A stretch of 64,000 nucleotides of DNA from Dehalococcoidia bacterium. Its GTDB lineage: Bacteria > Chloroflexota > Dehalococcoidia > Bin125. The translations under genes and the position numbers were made by a program. The stretch covers positions 2,592,001 to 2,656,000 of the forward strand of contig OY820591.1 in assembly GCA_963555985.3 (NCBI GenBank). Direction: 5' to 3'. Below the pieces are notes generated by a model. That model searched no databases, was not told where the DNA came from, and was given only the letters and a program-made list of their open reading frames with translations. Shown one piece after another: positions 56,901 to 64,000 of this stretch. The first letter of the stretch is position 1. Each line of letters opens with the position of its first letter.

Positions 56901-59900
56901 AAGGTCGGCCAGACGCTCGGCGCGCTCCAGGTGCATGTGAGCGCCATGTCCACCCCGTCCGGGACCCTCAACGTCCGCTACGCCAACACCAAGCCGATCG
57001 CCGAGACGATGTACTACCACGGTACGAAGCTGTTCAGCCTCAACCTCAACCCGAACGCCTCGGTCAGCGGCTCCGGCACGATCCCCGCGCCGCCGGCGAA
57101 CTCCTACTTCTGGGCCTCGAGCACGCTGGAGTTGTCGATCTCCACCCGCACCATCAGCCTCCACTGGCCCACCGTCTCGACCAGCACCAGCGACACGATC
57201 TCCAGCCTGACCAACGGCACGGCCTACCGGGTCCGCGTGCGCGCCCGCAACTCCGTGGGCACGAGCGACTGGTCGACCGCCGCGACCCACGCCATCGGAC
57301 GGCCCAGCCCGCCCACCGCCCCGACCCTGACCAGCAAAGATACGAAGATCACCGCGAAGTGGGACGCCCCCGCCAGCCCCGTCACGATCATCGACTACGA
57401 CGTCCGCTACTGCTCGTCCAGCTGCAACGTCGACGCCAACTGGACGCCGCTCGCCGACGTCACGAACAGCACGTCGCTGAGCGAGACGATCAGCGGTCTG
57501 AACAACGGCACCACCTACTACGTGCAGGTGCGGGCCGAGGCCAGCGTCGGCGCCGGCCCCTGGTCGCCCAGCGCCAGCATCAAGGCCGGCCTGCCCGAGG
57601 CGCCCTCAGGGATCGGGTTGGAGTCGGGTAACGACACGCTGGTCGTGACCTGGACCGCGCCGTCCGGCAACGGGTCGCTGCTCACCGGCTACGACTTCAG
57701 ATACTCGTCCGACAGTGGAACCAACTGGACCGAGGTCTCGCTGAGCACCGTCCCGCCGAACCCGAGCCACAGCCTGTCCGGCCTGAGCAACGGCACTGCC
57801 TATCAAGTGCAGGTGCGAGCCAAGAACCAGCACGGCGTCGGTCCCTGGTCGGACTCCGGAACGGAGACGCCCGGCAAGCCGCTCGCTCTGTCCGCGCCCA
57901 CCCTGGCCGCCGCCGACCACAAGTTCCTCGTCAGCTGGTCCGCCGCCACCGACAACGGCTCCGCGATCAGCGACTACGACGTGCGCTACAAGAAGAGCAG
58001 CGCCTCGAACTGGTCGGAGATCGACGACACCAGCGCCAGCGCCGCGACCAGCGCGGTGATCACCGGGCTCACGCCGGAGACGACCTACCTGGTCCAGGTG
58101 CGAGCGACGAACACCCACGGCGACAGCGCCTGGTCGGCGTCGGCCACGCTCAAGCTGCCGGTCTCGCCGGTGCCGCAACTGTTCGGCGTGCGCTACTGCG
58201 ATCCGGCTGCGCTGAACCAGGTCTGGGTCGATTACGACTGCTTCATCAAGGCCGGTCAGCACGGGACGAAGCCGTTCGACGCCGCCCGCATCGCCTCCGG
58301 CGGCAACTACGTCGAGTTGTACGACTACATCAGTTCGGCGCAGACGGTCGTGGCCCTGGGATACAACCCGCAAGGCGGCCTCGCCATCGTCGAGACCACG
58401 CTCAACGGCGTCGTCCAGGACACCTTCCAGATCGACGTAATCCGCTTCAGCATCCGCGATCACAGCGTCAGCGGAAGCCTCAAGGCAGGCGAGTGGTCCA
58501 CCCTCACCGTCTACCTGCACAGCCCCCAACACGGTTCGCCCGACATCTTCGAGAAGAACGGCCTTGATTACGCCCGCACCTGGGTGCGACTCGAGCTGCC
58601 CAACCAGATGATTGGACGGGACCGTCTGGGCACCAACACCGTCAATCCGGTTCAGGTCGCCGGTCAATACGGCGACAGCGTGACGTTCCAGATCCAGGCG
58701 ATCAATCCCGGCGCGTACAGCTTTACGGTCAAAGCCTTCCGCCCCGCGCCCGACCCCGATTGCACCAGCGCGCTCAAGTGCTTCACCCCGCCGAACCCGC
58801 AGACGCAGGTTCAATACGAGACGTCGGTCTCCGCCCAAGCCACCTTCGCCGCGCCCAACCCGCCCGCCGCGCCCGCCAACCTCTCCGCCAGCGCCGGCGA
58901 CGGCAGCATCACCCTCAGCTGGGACGATCCGCAGAACCCGACGATCAGCGGCTACGAGTACAACGTCAACCACAACGACACCGGCACCGGCAACCTGAGC
59001 GGCTGGAGCGCCTGGCAGAGCATCGCCGGCAGCAATGCGCAGACCACCAGTCACACGCTCAGCGGTCTGACCAACGGTCGCGAGTACCGCTTCCACGTCC
59101 GCGCGGTCAACGCGGGCGGCGCCGGTACCGGCGCGCCCAACGCGGCTCCCTGGTACGTATCGGCGACGCCCGAAGCGCCGCCCGATCCGCCCGCCGCGCC
59201 GTCGTCGGTGAGCGTGACGCGGGCCGATGGGACGCTCACGGCGTCGTGGGACGCTCCCGATGGCGCGACCAGCTACGAGATCAAGTACAGCGACAATGGC
59301 GGCTCGAGCTGGCAGACCGCCGCCTCCGATCACACCTTGACCAGCATTGACATCAACGTCACCAACAGCAGCACCTACATCGTCGCCGTCCGCGCCGGCA
59401 ACGAGGGCGGCGACAGCGGTTGGCGCAACTCGTCGCCCGCGGATCCCTTCGTCCCGCCGCCGACCAATCCGCCGGGCGCGGTCTCGTCTGTCAGCGTCAC
59501 CCGTGCCGACGGTACGCTCACCGCCTCCTGGGACGCGCCCGACGGCGCGAGCAAGTACCACGTCACCTACACCGACGACGGCGGCAAGAGTTGGCACGCG
59601 CCCGTCGACGACCACATGAACATCCCCAGCAACAGCCTCACGTTCAGCGTCGACAACGCCAAGACCTACATCATCGGCGTCCGCGCCGGCAACGAGATCG
59701 GCTGGAGCGGCTGGGTCAACTCGCCATCCTCAGGCCCCTACACCCCGCCCAACACACCCCCGACCAATCCGCCCGGCCCGGTCTCCGGATTCAGCGTCAC
59801 CCGCGCCGACGGAACCCTGACCGCGACCTGGGACGCCCCCGACGGCGCGAGCAAGTACCACGTCACTTACAGCGACGACGGCGGCAAGAGTTGGCACGCG

Positions 59901-60050
59901 CCCGTCGACGACCACATGAACGTCCCCAGCAACAGCCTCACGTTCAGCGTCGACAACGCCAAGACCTACATCATCGGAGTCCGAGCCGGCAACGAGATCG
60001 GCTGGAGCGGCTGGCGCAACTCTCCATCGGCAGGGCCGTTCATCCCCTAG
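53988..60050 (+). CDS. Large secreted fibronectin type III repeat protein (2020 aa)
   Basis: Signal peptide and roughly a dozen Fn3 repeats (L-VSW-AP..NG..I-DYD-Y...GL-NGT-Y-V-VRA-N--G-G-WS). Confidence 0.92.
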   Translation: MTTPRTFAAWPVALALAILIALACAATGVLSADTKTPPGKPSISSVTVGDRQLTVNWGAATTPSDKPVVDYQVEYRSGSSGDWTMASDFSISFESAVQTGNDTTWAHNRNPLDLGTVTGDAAPYIERTKGGRHNLDGVYRLKQTVAAVRVTVNGTTDGAGTLRSNYTDSPITDLRHNGKSMGANVVNASGTSFELIGVVQDLLANSYIWIDGWDQTSTNTTFPEFDEITVTDRRLKIDIATASTATNTIISGLTNQQSYQVRVRARNSDGWGAWSDASSGTPLGVADAPAGLSSVSGNNRLALSWSAPTNSGGYAITDYDIQYRAQTGQTWGSWTDWQASTVSTSTSTTINSGIVNGTNYQVRVRAVNSAGDGDWSALVTDTAGKPSQPSFALSTVQRPLPAGKSDRGGLLSMVLNAPGNGSAVSDYDLRYRASGTSTWYTYRDRSHDSGRLTDSKVVSNTVPIDFGTFSTPSGAVGVAREALGSGYVYKFSKAVDELWIRASGTISGGGTVVAHWHTSKPTAAQVATLGTQIFSVNTSVNAKSEHTFWQDGWVVNLPADGYIWFYTTDSETLTKRRLMLDFTDNTALPPQVNDTGTRTTSETVGVSSNVVDPIDFGAFATPSGGVAVTRESVSNKAGYYKIGAATERLWIRVSGKFSGSPVKVIACWLTSKPTNPFFDCNDFQHPERKLFTVKSQLVGGIATFDASSWVYNLPANSYIWFYTEGLTTADNASTLTEHRLQLDFDRGRIVLSGLRNGTTYELQARAKNARGWGAWSPSVSGTPGAPTPPEINTLPKNASLDLSWAAPSDNGSAVSGYDVQYRNASSGGWSSWPHAGTTRSATITGLTNNTEYEVRVRARNAVGNGPWSTVKATPIPEKPDAPAAPTLTSSGTTMTVSWTAPSANGADISDYDIEYSSDNGTTWMPHLHRSYTSTLTTSDTTTQNVPLDFGTLSPIGLTVTNESVNNNAGVYKVGQTLGALQVHVSAMSTPSGTLNVRYANTKPIAETMYYHGTKLFSLNLNPNASVSGSGTIPAPPANSYFWASSTLELSISTRTISLHWPTVSTSTSDTISSLTNGTAYRVRVRARNSVGTSDWSTAATHAIGRPSPPTAPTLTSKDTKITAKWDAPASPVTIIDYDVRYCSSSCNVDANWTPLADVTNSTSLSETISGLNNGTTYYVQVRAEASVGAGPWSPSASIKAGLPEAPSGIGLESGNDTLVVTWTAPSGNGSLLTGYDFRYSSDSGTNWTEVSLSTVPPNPSHSLSGLSNGTAYQVQVRAKNQHGVGPWSDSGTETPGKPLALSAPTLAAADHKFLVSWSAATDNGSAISDYDVRYKKSSASNWSEIDDTSASAATSAVITGLTPETTYLVQVRATNTHGDSAWSASATLKLPVSPVPQLFGVRYCDPAALNQVWVDYDCFIKAGQHGTKPFDAARIASGGNYVELYDYISSAQTVVALGYNPQGGLAIVETTLNGVVQDTFQIDVIRFSIRDHSVSGSLKAGEWSTLTVYLHSPQHGSPDIFEKNGLDYARTWVRLELPNQMIGRDRLGTNTVNPVQVAGQYGDSVTFQIQAINPGAYSFTVKAFRPAPDPDCTSALKCFTPPNPQTQVQYETSVSAQATFAAPNPPAAPANLSASAGDGSITLSWDDPQNPTISGYEYNVNHNDTGTGNLSGWSAWQSIAGSNAQTTSHTLSGLTNGREYRFHVRAVNAGGAGTGAPNAAPWYVSATPEAPPDPPAAPSSVSVTRADGTLTASWDAPDGATSYEIKYSDNGGSSWQTAASDHTLTSIDINVTNSSTYIVAVRAGNEGGDSGWRNSSPADPFVPPPTNPPGAVSSVSVTRADGTLTASWDAPDGASKYHVTYTDDGGKSWHAPVDDHMNIPSNSLTFSVDNAKTYIIGVRAGNEIGWSGWVNSPSSGPYTPPNTPPTNPPGPVSGFSVTRADGTLTATWDAPDGASKYHVTYSDDGGKSWHAPVDDHMNVPSNSLTFSVDNAKTYIIGVRAGNEIGWSGWRNSPSAGPFIP
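59461..60030 (+). repeat. 300-bp intragenic direct repeat (last two Fn3 domains)
   Basis: 59461-59730 and 59761-60030 are near-identical at the DNA level. Confidence 0.9.
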
Positions 60051-60335
60051 TCAGACGTGTCCCCGCTCGGTGAGTAGTTGTTCGTATTGCTCGCGGGACA
60101 TAGAACAGTCGACGAGACGGTCGAACTCGCGATTCGTCAGTTTGCAATCGCTGGCCATGAACGCAGCCAGGCGGTTGCCGATGTCGCGTCGGGAGCCTCG
60201 CGACATCGAGGTACTGACGCTGCTTCTGCCGCCGTCTTGGGTGTAGAAGAAGTACCGCCGATGCCGCTTCTGCTCACGAACCAGGAAGCCCTTCCGACGA
60301 AGCGCCGCATCGACATCACGCGCTTTATGCGCCAT
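60051..60335 (-). CDS. HicA-like toxin (putative mRNA interferase)
   Basis: Small basic protein with pattern ALRRKGF......HRRYFF...TSMSRG...I...L...MA..CKL...EF. Confidence 0.6.
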   Translation of the reverse strand: MAHKARDVDAALRRKGFLVREQKRHRRYFFYTQDGGRSSVSTSMSRGSRRDIGNRLAAFMASDCKLTNREFDRLVDCSMSREQYEQLLTERGHV

Positions 60336-60660
60336 CTGTGCCGACCGCTATGCGTTCGAGCAACTGGCCTCGGAGTTCTTTGGCCTTCGGCGACAGTTCC
60401 CCAGGATCGGCCTGTGCGAACTCGCTCCAGTAAAGCTCCAGCGTTTCCTGTAGGACTTCGCCCAACTCCGAGCGGCTCTCCCCATAGCAGCGGATTCCGA
60501 AATCGCCTTCGAGGACATAGAGAGTCCCATCCTCATCCTCATGCAAAGTCACCTCGAACCGCAACGGTTCCCGCGCCGCCAACCGCCGACCATCCACCAC
60601 GATCTCACTCACCACGATCGGACTCTCGTCAACTTGCGTCTTCGGGTCAGTAGTAACCAT
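60325..60660 (-). CDS. HicB-like acidic antitoxin, copy 1
   Basis: FGIRCYGESRSELGEVLQETLELYW..A.ADP.ELSPKA. Overlaps the toxin start. Confidence 0.55.
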   Translation of the reverse strand: MVTTDPKTQVDESPIVVSEIVVDGRRLAAREPLRFEVTLHEDEDGTLYVLEGDFGIRCYGESRSELGEVLQETLELYWSEFAQADPGELSPKAKELRGQLLERIAVGTDGA

Positions 60661-60703
60661 CAGCGAGATCCTTTGCCGTCCACCAAGGCTACTCCGTACC
60701 GCC

Positions 60704-61033
60704 TCATGCGGCATCGGACGCCTCGACGAAGATTCGACGCATTTCCGCGCCCAAGTGCTGCGCATCGCCAGACAACCTCGACTGATCTCCAACGGCAAAG
60801 TCGCGCCAAAAGATCTCAAGGTCATCTTCCAGTATGTCGATCAACAACTCCCGCGTCTCCGCGAACAGGTAGATGTCCAATGGGCCTTCGAGGTCGAAGA
60901 CCAGAGCTTCCGCGTCGTAGGTCACCTCGAACCGCAACGGCTCCCGCGCGATCAGGCGTTGGCCGTCCACTGTGATCTCGGACACCGTGACTGGGCTTTC
61001 GTCGATCAGCGGTTTTGGGTCGCTGGTGACCAT
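60704..61033 (-). CDS. HicB-like acidic antitoxin, copy 2 (paralog)
   Basis: MVTSDPKPLIDESPVTVSEITVDGQRLIAREPLRFEVT closely matches the copy 1 N-terminus. AGGAG RBS. Confidence 0.55.
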   Translation of the reverse strand: MVTSDPKPLIDESPVTVSEITVDGQRLIAREPLRFEVTYDAEALVFDLEGPLDIYLFAETRELLIDILEDDLEIFWRDFAVGDQSRLSGDAQHLGAEMRRIFVEASDAA

Positions 61034-61143
61034 GAGCGCGCTCCTGCCGGATTCACCCGATCGGATGGCGCGGGCTGCAGCGGGGGCGGCGATAAACTGC
61101 CTGCGAACTACGTCCCACCGACCTGCCGACTGAGAGGCCAACC

Positions 61144-62745
61144 ATGCCCGTAGACCAGAATCGTGAATCGTGGAAGCCGGGACAGGACTGGCTGGGCGCG
61201 ATTGAGGAAATCAACTACATCAAAGAACTCGCCAAGGAGATGGGCGGCGAGTACGGCGTCGCCCGGCAGCACCGAGGCGGCCGCTACACCATCCGCGAGC
61301 GGATCGACAAGTTCCTTGACCCCGGCTCCTTCTTCGAGGCCGGCCCCCTGGTCGGCGGCTACGAGTACGACGACAACGGCGACCTGCGCGAGTTCACACC
61401 GGGCGCCTTCGTGATGGGCATGGGCCAGATCGACGGCCGCAACATCGTGATCGGCGGCGACGATTTCACGATCTCCGGCGGCTCGCCCCACAACGTCTCC
61501 AAGGGCGCCTCGCAGTTCGCCACCCCGCTGGCGGCTCAATACGGGCTGCCCTACGTCCAATTGATCGAAGGCGTCGGACACAGCGCCAAGCGCGACGAGG
61601 AAGAGGGCCGCATGGCCCTGCCCGGCGGTCAGACCTGGTGGCGTCACATCAACCTGCTCAACAAGGTGCCCGTCGCCTCCGGGATCATGGGCTCGGTCGC
61701 CGGCGCGCCAGCCGCCTTCGCCCTGCTCTCCCACTTCACCGTGATGATCAAGGGTCAGTCGCAGATCTTCCCCTCGGGACCGCCGGTGGTGCGACGCGCG
61801 ATCGGCGAGACCTTCAACAAGGAGGAGCTGGGCGGTTCGGCCGTCCACGTCTACCAGAGCGGACAAGTCGATAACGAGGCCGAATCCGAAGAGGACGCCT
61901 TCGACCAGATCAAGCAGTTCCTCTCCTACCTGCCCGACACCACCAACGACGTCACCGAGCGGGTGCACAACGGCGACGACCCCAACCGCCGCGTCGAGGA
62001 GCTGCTGCGCATCATCCCCGAGAACCGCAAGCGCGGCTACAACCCGCGCAAGCTGGTCAAGCTGGTCGTCGACCACGGCGAGTTCTTCGAGATGCGACCC
62101 CACTGGGGCGGTGCGATCATCACCGGCTTCGCCCGCCTCGGCGGCTACGCCGTCGGCGTCGTCGCCAGCGACCCCTACGTCATGGCCGGTGCCATGAACG
62201 GCGACGCCGCCGACAAGTTCACCCACTTCGTCGACCTCTGCGACGGCTTCAACCTGCCCATGCTGATCTTCCTCGACATGCCCGGCTTCATGCTCGGCTC
62301 GCAGGCCGAACTGAACCAGACCATGCGCCGAGGCACCCGCGCATTAATCGCCGCCTACGAGGCCGACGTGCCCAAGGTCGAGTTCAACATCCGCAAGAGC
62401 TACGGCGTCGCCGCCGACGCGCCCAACAGCATGGGCGAGCCGGCCGGTGTCAACATGCGTTTTGGCTGGCCCGCCGGCGAATGGGGCGGCATCCCAATCG
62501 AGGGCGGAGTCGCTGCCGCCTACCGACGGGAAATCGAGGCCGCAGAGAACCCCGAAGCCCACCGCGAGATGATCGAAAACCGCCTCCTCCGCCTCAGAAG
62601 CCCGATGAAGGCCGCCCACAACTTCGACGTGATCGACCTGATCGATCCCAGGGATACGCGCCGGATCGCCTTCCGCTTCATCGACGCCGCCCAACCTATG
62701 CTCAAGCGCCTCGCCCAGCGCCCAAAACGAATCATCCGCCCCTAG
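61144..62745 (+). CDS. Acyl-CoA carboxylase carboxyltransferase subunit
   Basis: Motifs TIRERI..FLDPGSF.E, DDFTISGGS, KEELGG, GFARLGG, DMPGFMLG and IDPRDTR. Confidence 0.92.
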   Translation: MPVDQNRESWKPGQDWLGAIEEINYIKELAKEMGGEYGVARQHRGGRYTIRERIDKFLDPGSFFEAGPLVGGYEYDDNGDLREFTPGAFVMGMGQIDGRNIVIGGDDFTISGGSPHNVSKGASQFATPLAAQYGLPYVQLIEGVGHSAKRDEEEGRMALPGGQTWWRHINLLNKVPVASGIMGSVAGAPAAFALLSHFTVMIKGQSQIFPSGPPVVRRAIGETFNKEELGGSAVHVYQSGQVDNEAESEEDAFDQIKQFLSYLPDTTNDVTERVHNGDDPNRRVEELLRIIPENRKRGYNPRKLVKLVVDHGEFFEMRPHWGGAIITGFARLGGYAVGVVASDPYVMAGAMNGDAADKFTHFVDLCDGFNLPMLIFLDMPGFMLGSQAELNQTMRRGTRALIAAYEADVPKVEFNIRKSYGVAADAPNSMGEPAGVNMRFGWPAGEWGGIPIEGGVAAAYRREIEAAENPEAHREMIENRLLRLRSPMKAAHNFDVIDLIDPRDTRRIAFRFIDAAQPMLKRLAQRPKRIIRP

Positions 62746-62817
62746 GTTCCTCGACAAGCTCACGCCAAGAGGCGAGTTGCCACGCGCACCGACACCAGAG
62801 GAAGCGAGTGAGGCGGG

Positions 62818-63129
62818 CTAGTCGGCTAACAGGGTCAATCCCGCAGGCATGGCTGCCATGTCGGAACGAATCTGCTCGATTCCTCTGCGGAGTACGTCTG
62901 GGTCTTCTCGCAACCTCTTCGTGGCCTCCGGATTGAAGTACCTCTGATTGGCGGAACGGAGCGTCTGTTCCGAGTCGCAATAGAACAGGACTACTTCAAC
63001 GCCATCGCGGCCCAGATGTTGCAAGGTCTCCATTTCGAGAACTCGAAAAGCCTCGGTGTCCTCGTCGAATTCCTGCACCCGTGGATCTTCGTCTGCGCGC
63101 GGATCGTATGTCAGCACGAAGTACTTCAT
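62818..63129 (-). CDS. Putative antitoxin of toxSAS (ATCapRel/ATPhRel-like)
   Basis: Pattern YFVLTYD...F....A....E...EVVLF..DSEQTLR...RYF. ATGA overlap with the upstream SAS gene. Confidence 0.6.
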   Translation of the reverse strand: MKYFVLTYDPRADEDPRVQEFDEDTEAFRVLEMETLQHLGRDGVEVVLFYCDSEQTLRSANQRYFNPEATKRLREDPDVLRRGIEQIRSDMAAMPAGLTLLAD

Positions 63130-63908
63130 GGCGCCGCTCCTGGTTCAGGAAAGAGGGTAGCCCATAGGCGGATCAGACTGGCTTCTTGCTCCGCCACATC
63201 GGCTTCGAGTGTTTCGCGATAGCTCCGGACTACCTGTAGCTGGGCATCGTCAATTTGGTCTGCGACTATGTCCTCAAAGATTACTCCTGCCATCAATTCG
63301 TAATTCCTGAGGTCAGTAAGCCGGACCATCTTGCTGAAGCTGTCGAGCAGGACGTGGATTTCATTCGGACCGCCGCCGTACTTGACTTCGATTCCCTCCG
63401 AAGCGGCAGCACGCTCGGTGAGTTGAGCCCATGCGTGCTGGATCCGCGTGCGGATCTGCAACTCGACTGCATGTCCGTCACCGCTCTTCAGCGTCAGGTG
63501 CACGGCCCGATAGCCATTGTTCGAGTCGGAACGATAGTCCCTGGTTCTGGTGACAGTGAGCTTCGCACACTGCAGGATGAACTGATCGACCTCGGTCAAT
63601 GAAGGCAGTATGACCCTGCATCCCGCGATGTCTTCCAAGTCGGAGAGGCTGGTGCGTTGCCTGATCAGCTTGGCGCGCACGGAAGATATCTGCTTGATTC
63701 GCGCGGATATCTGAAAGTCGTCGGACGCTGGCCCACGCTCGGCGATTTCCCGGACCTTGGCTTCGATCTCGCTGAGGGAAGGCCCAAATCCCTGACTCCA
63801 GAGGATGTAGGCCGACACATCTTCTTGGGAAGGCACCTCGGCATTCCGCAAGCGCGAGCCGAGCTTACGAATTTGATTCTTGGAGAACGTGTGTGGTGCG
63901 TCGTTCAT
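63126..63908 (-). CDS. RelA/SpoT-domain small alarmone synthetase family protein (toxSAS candidate)
   Basis: Motifs ARIK..SS...K, DIAGCRVI, GYRAVH and ELQIRTRIQHAWA. No hydrolase domain. N-terminus FSKNQIRKLG. Confidence 0.88.
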   Translation of the reverse strand: MNDAPHTFSKNQIRKLGSRLRNAEVPSQEDVSAYILWSQGFGPSLSEIEAKVREIAERGPASDDFQISARIKQISSVRAKLIRQRTSLSDLEDIAGCRVILPSLTEVDQFILQCAKLTVTRTRDYRSDSNNGYRAVHLTLKSGDGHAVELQIRTRIQHAWAQLTERAAASEGIEVKYGGGPNEIHVLLDSFSKMVRLTDLRNYELMAGVIFEDIVADQIDDAQLQVVRSYRETLEADVAEQEASLIRLWATLFPEPGAAP

Positions 63909-64000
63909 CACCCCACAGTACGCCACACACCCGCCAGCCGGCGTTCGTGCTGGCGGGTGTGTCAAGCGAACATCACCCTCGACCGTGGCGGAGGAGTTTG

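Noticed and set aside
59461-60030. Possible DGR template/variable repeat pair
   Set aside because: Both copies are in-frame Fn3 domains, the differences are not confined to adenines, and no reverse transcriptase is in the window.

Overview
GC-rich bacterial chromosomal segment. The Tat-lipoprotein leaders, an F420-type LLM enzyme and the small genes after mnmA suggest Chloroflexota (Dehalococcoidia/SAR202-like), possibly host-associated; this taxonomy is inference only. Bases 1-30.3 kb are one minus-strand block. It starts with catabolic genes (CoA-transferase, acyl-CoA dehydrogenase, Zn-dehydrogenase, SDR, MBL hydrolase) and a Fic/nuclease insert. It continues with a 22-kb Opp/Dpp-type locus: six family-5 substrate-binding lipoproteins on poly-Gln/Ala stalks, three DppB-like permeases carrying 3-4 LysM-like domains in the extracytoplasmic loop, three DppC-like permeases with a large acidic insert, and no ATPase gene. 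One permease pair has lost its EAA coupling motifs. This locus is the best candidate for an undescribed system. The rest of the window holds a fused double ABC transporter, housekeeping genes (tsaE, tsaB, ndk, rsfS, mnmA, two tRNA-Ser) and an orphan m4C-type DNA methyltransferase. It also holds a 2020-aa fibronectin-III surface protein with an unrecognised nested domain, and several toxin-antitoxin/defence modules (fused MNT-HEPN, HicA with duplicated HicB-like genes, split CapRel/PhRel-like toxSAS pair). Intergenic DNA carries nested REP-like palindrome families and 10-bp-period arrays. No CRISPR array, integrase, transposase or rRNA was seen. All calls come from reading motifs by eye; no database searches were run.
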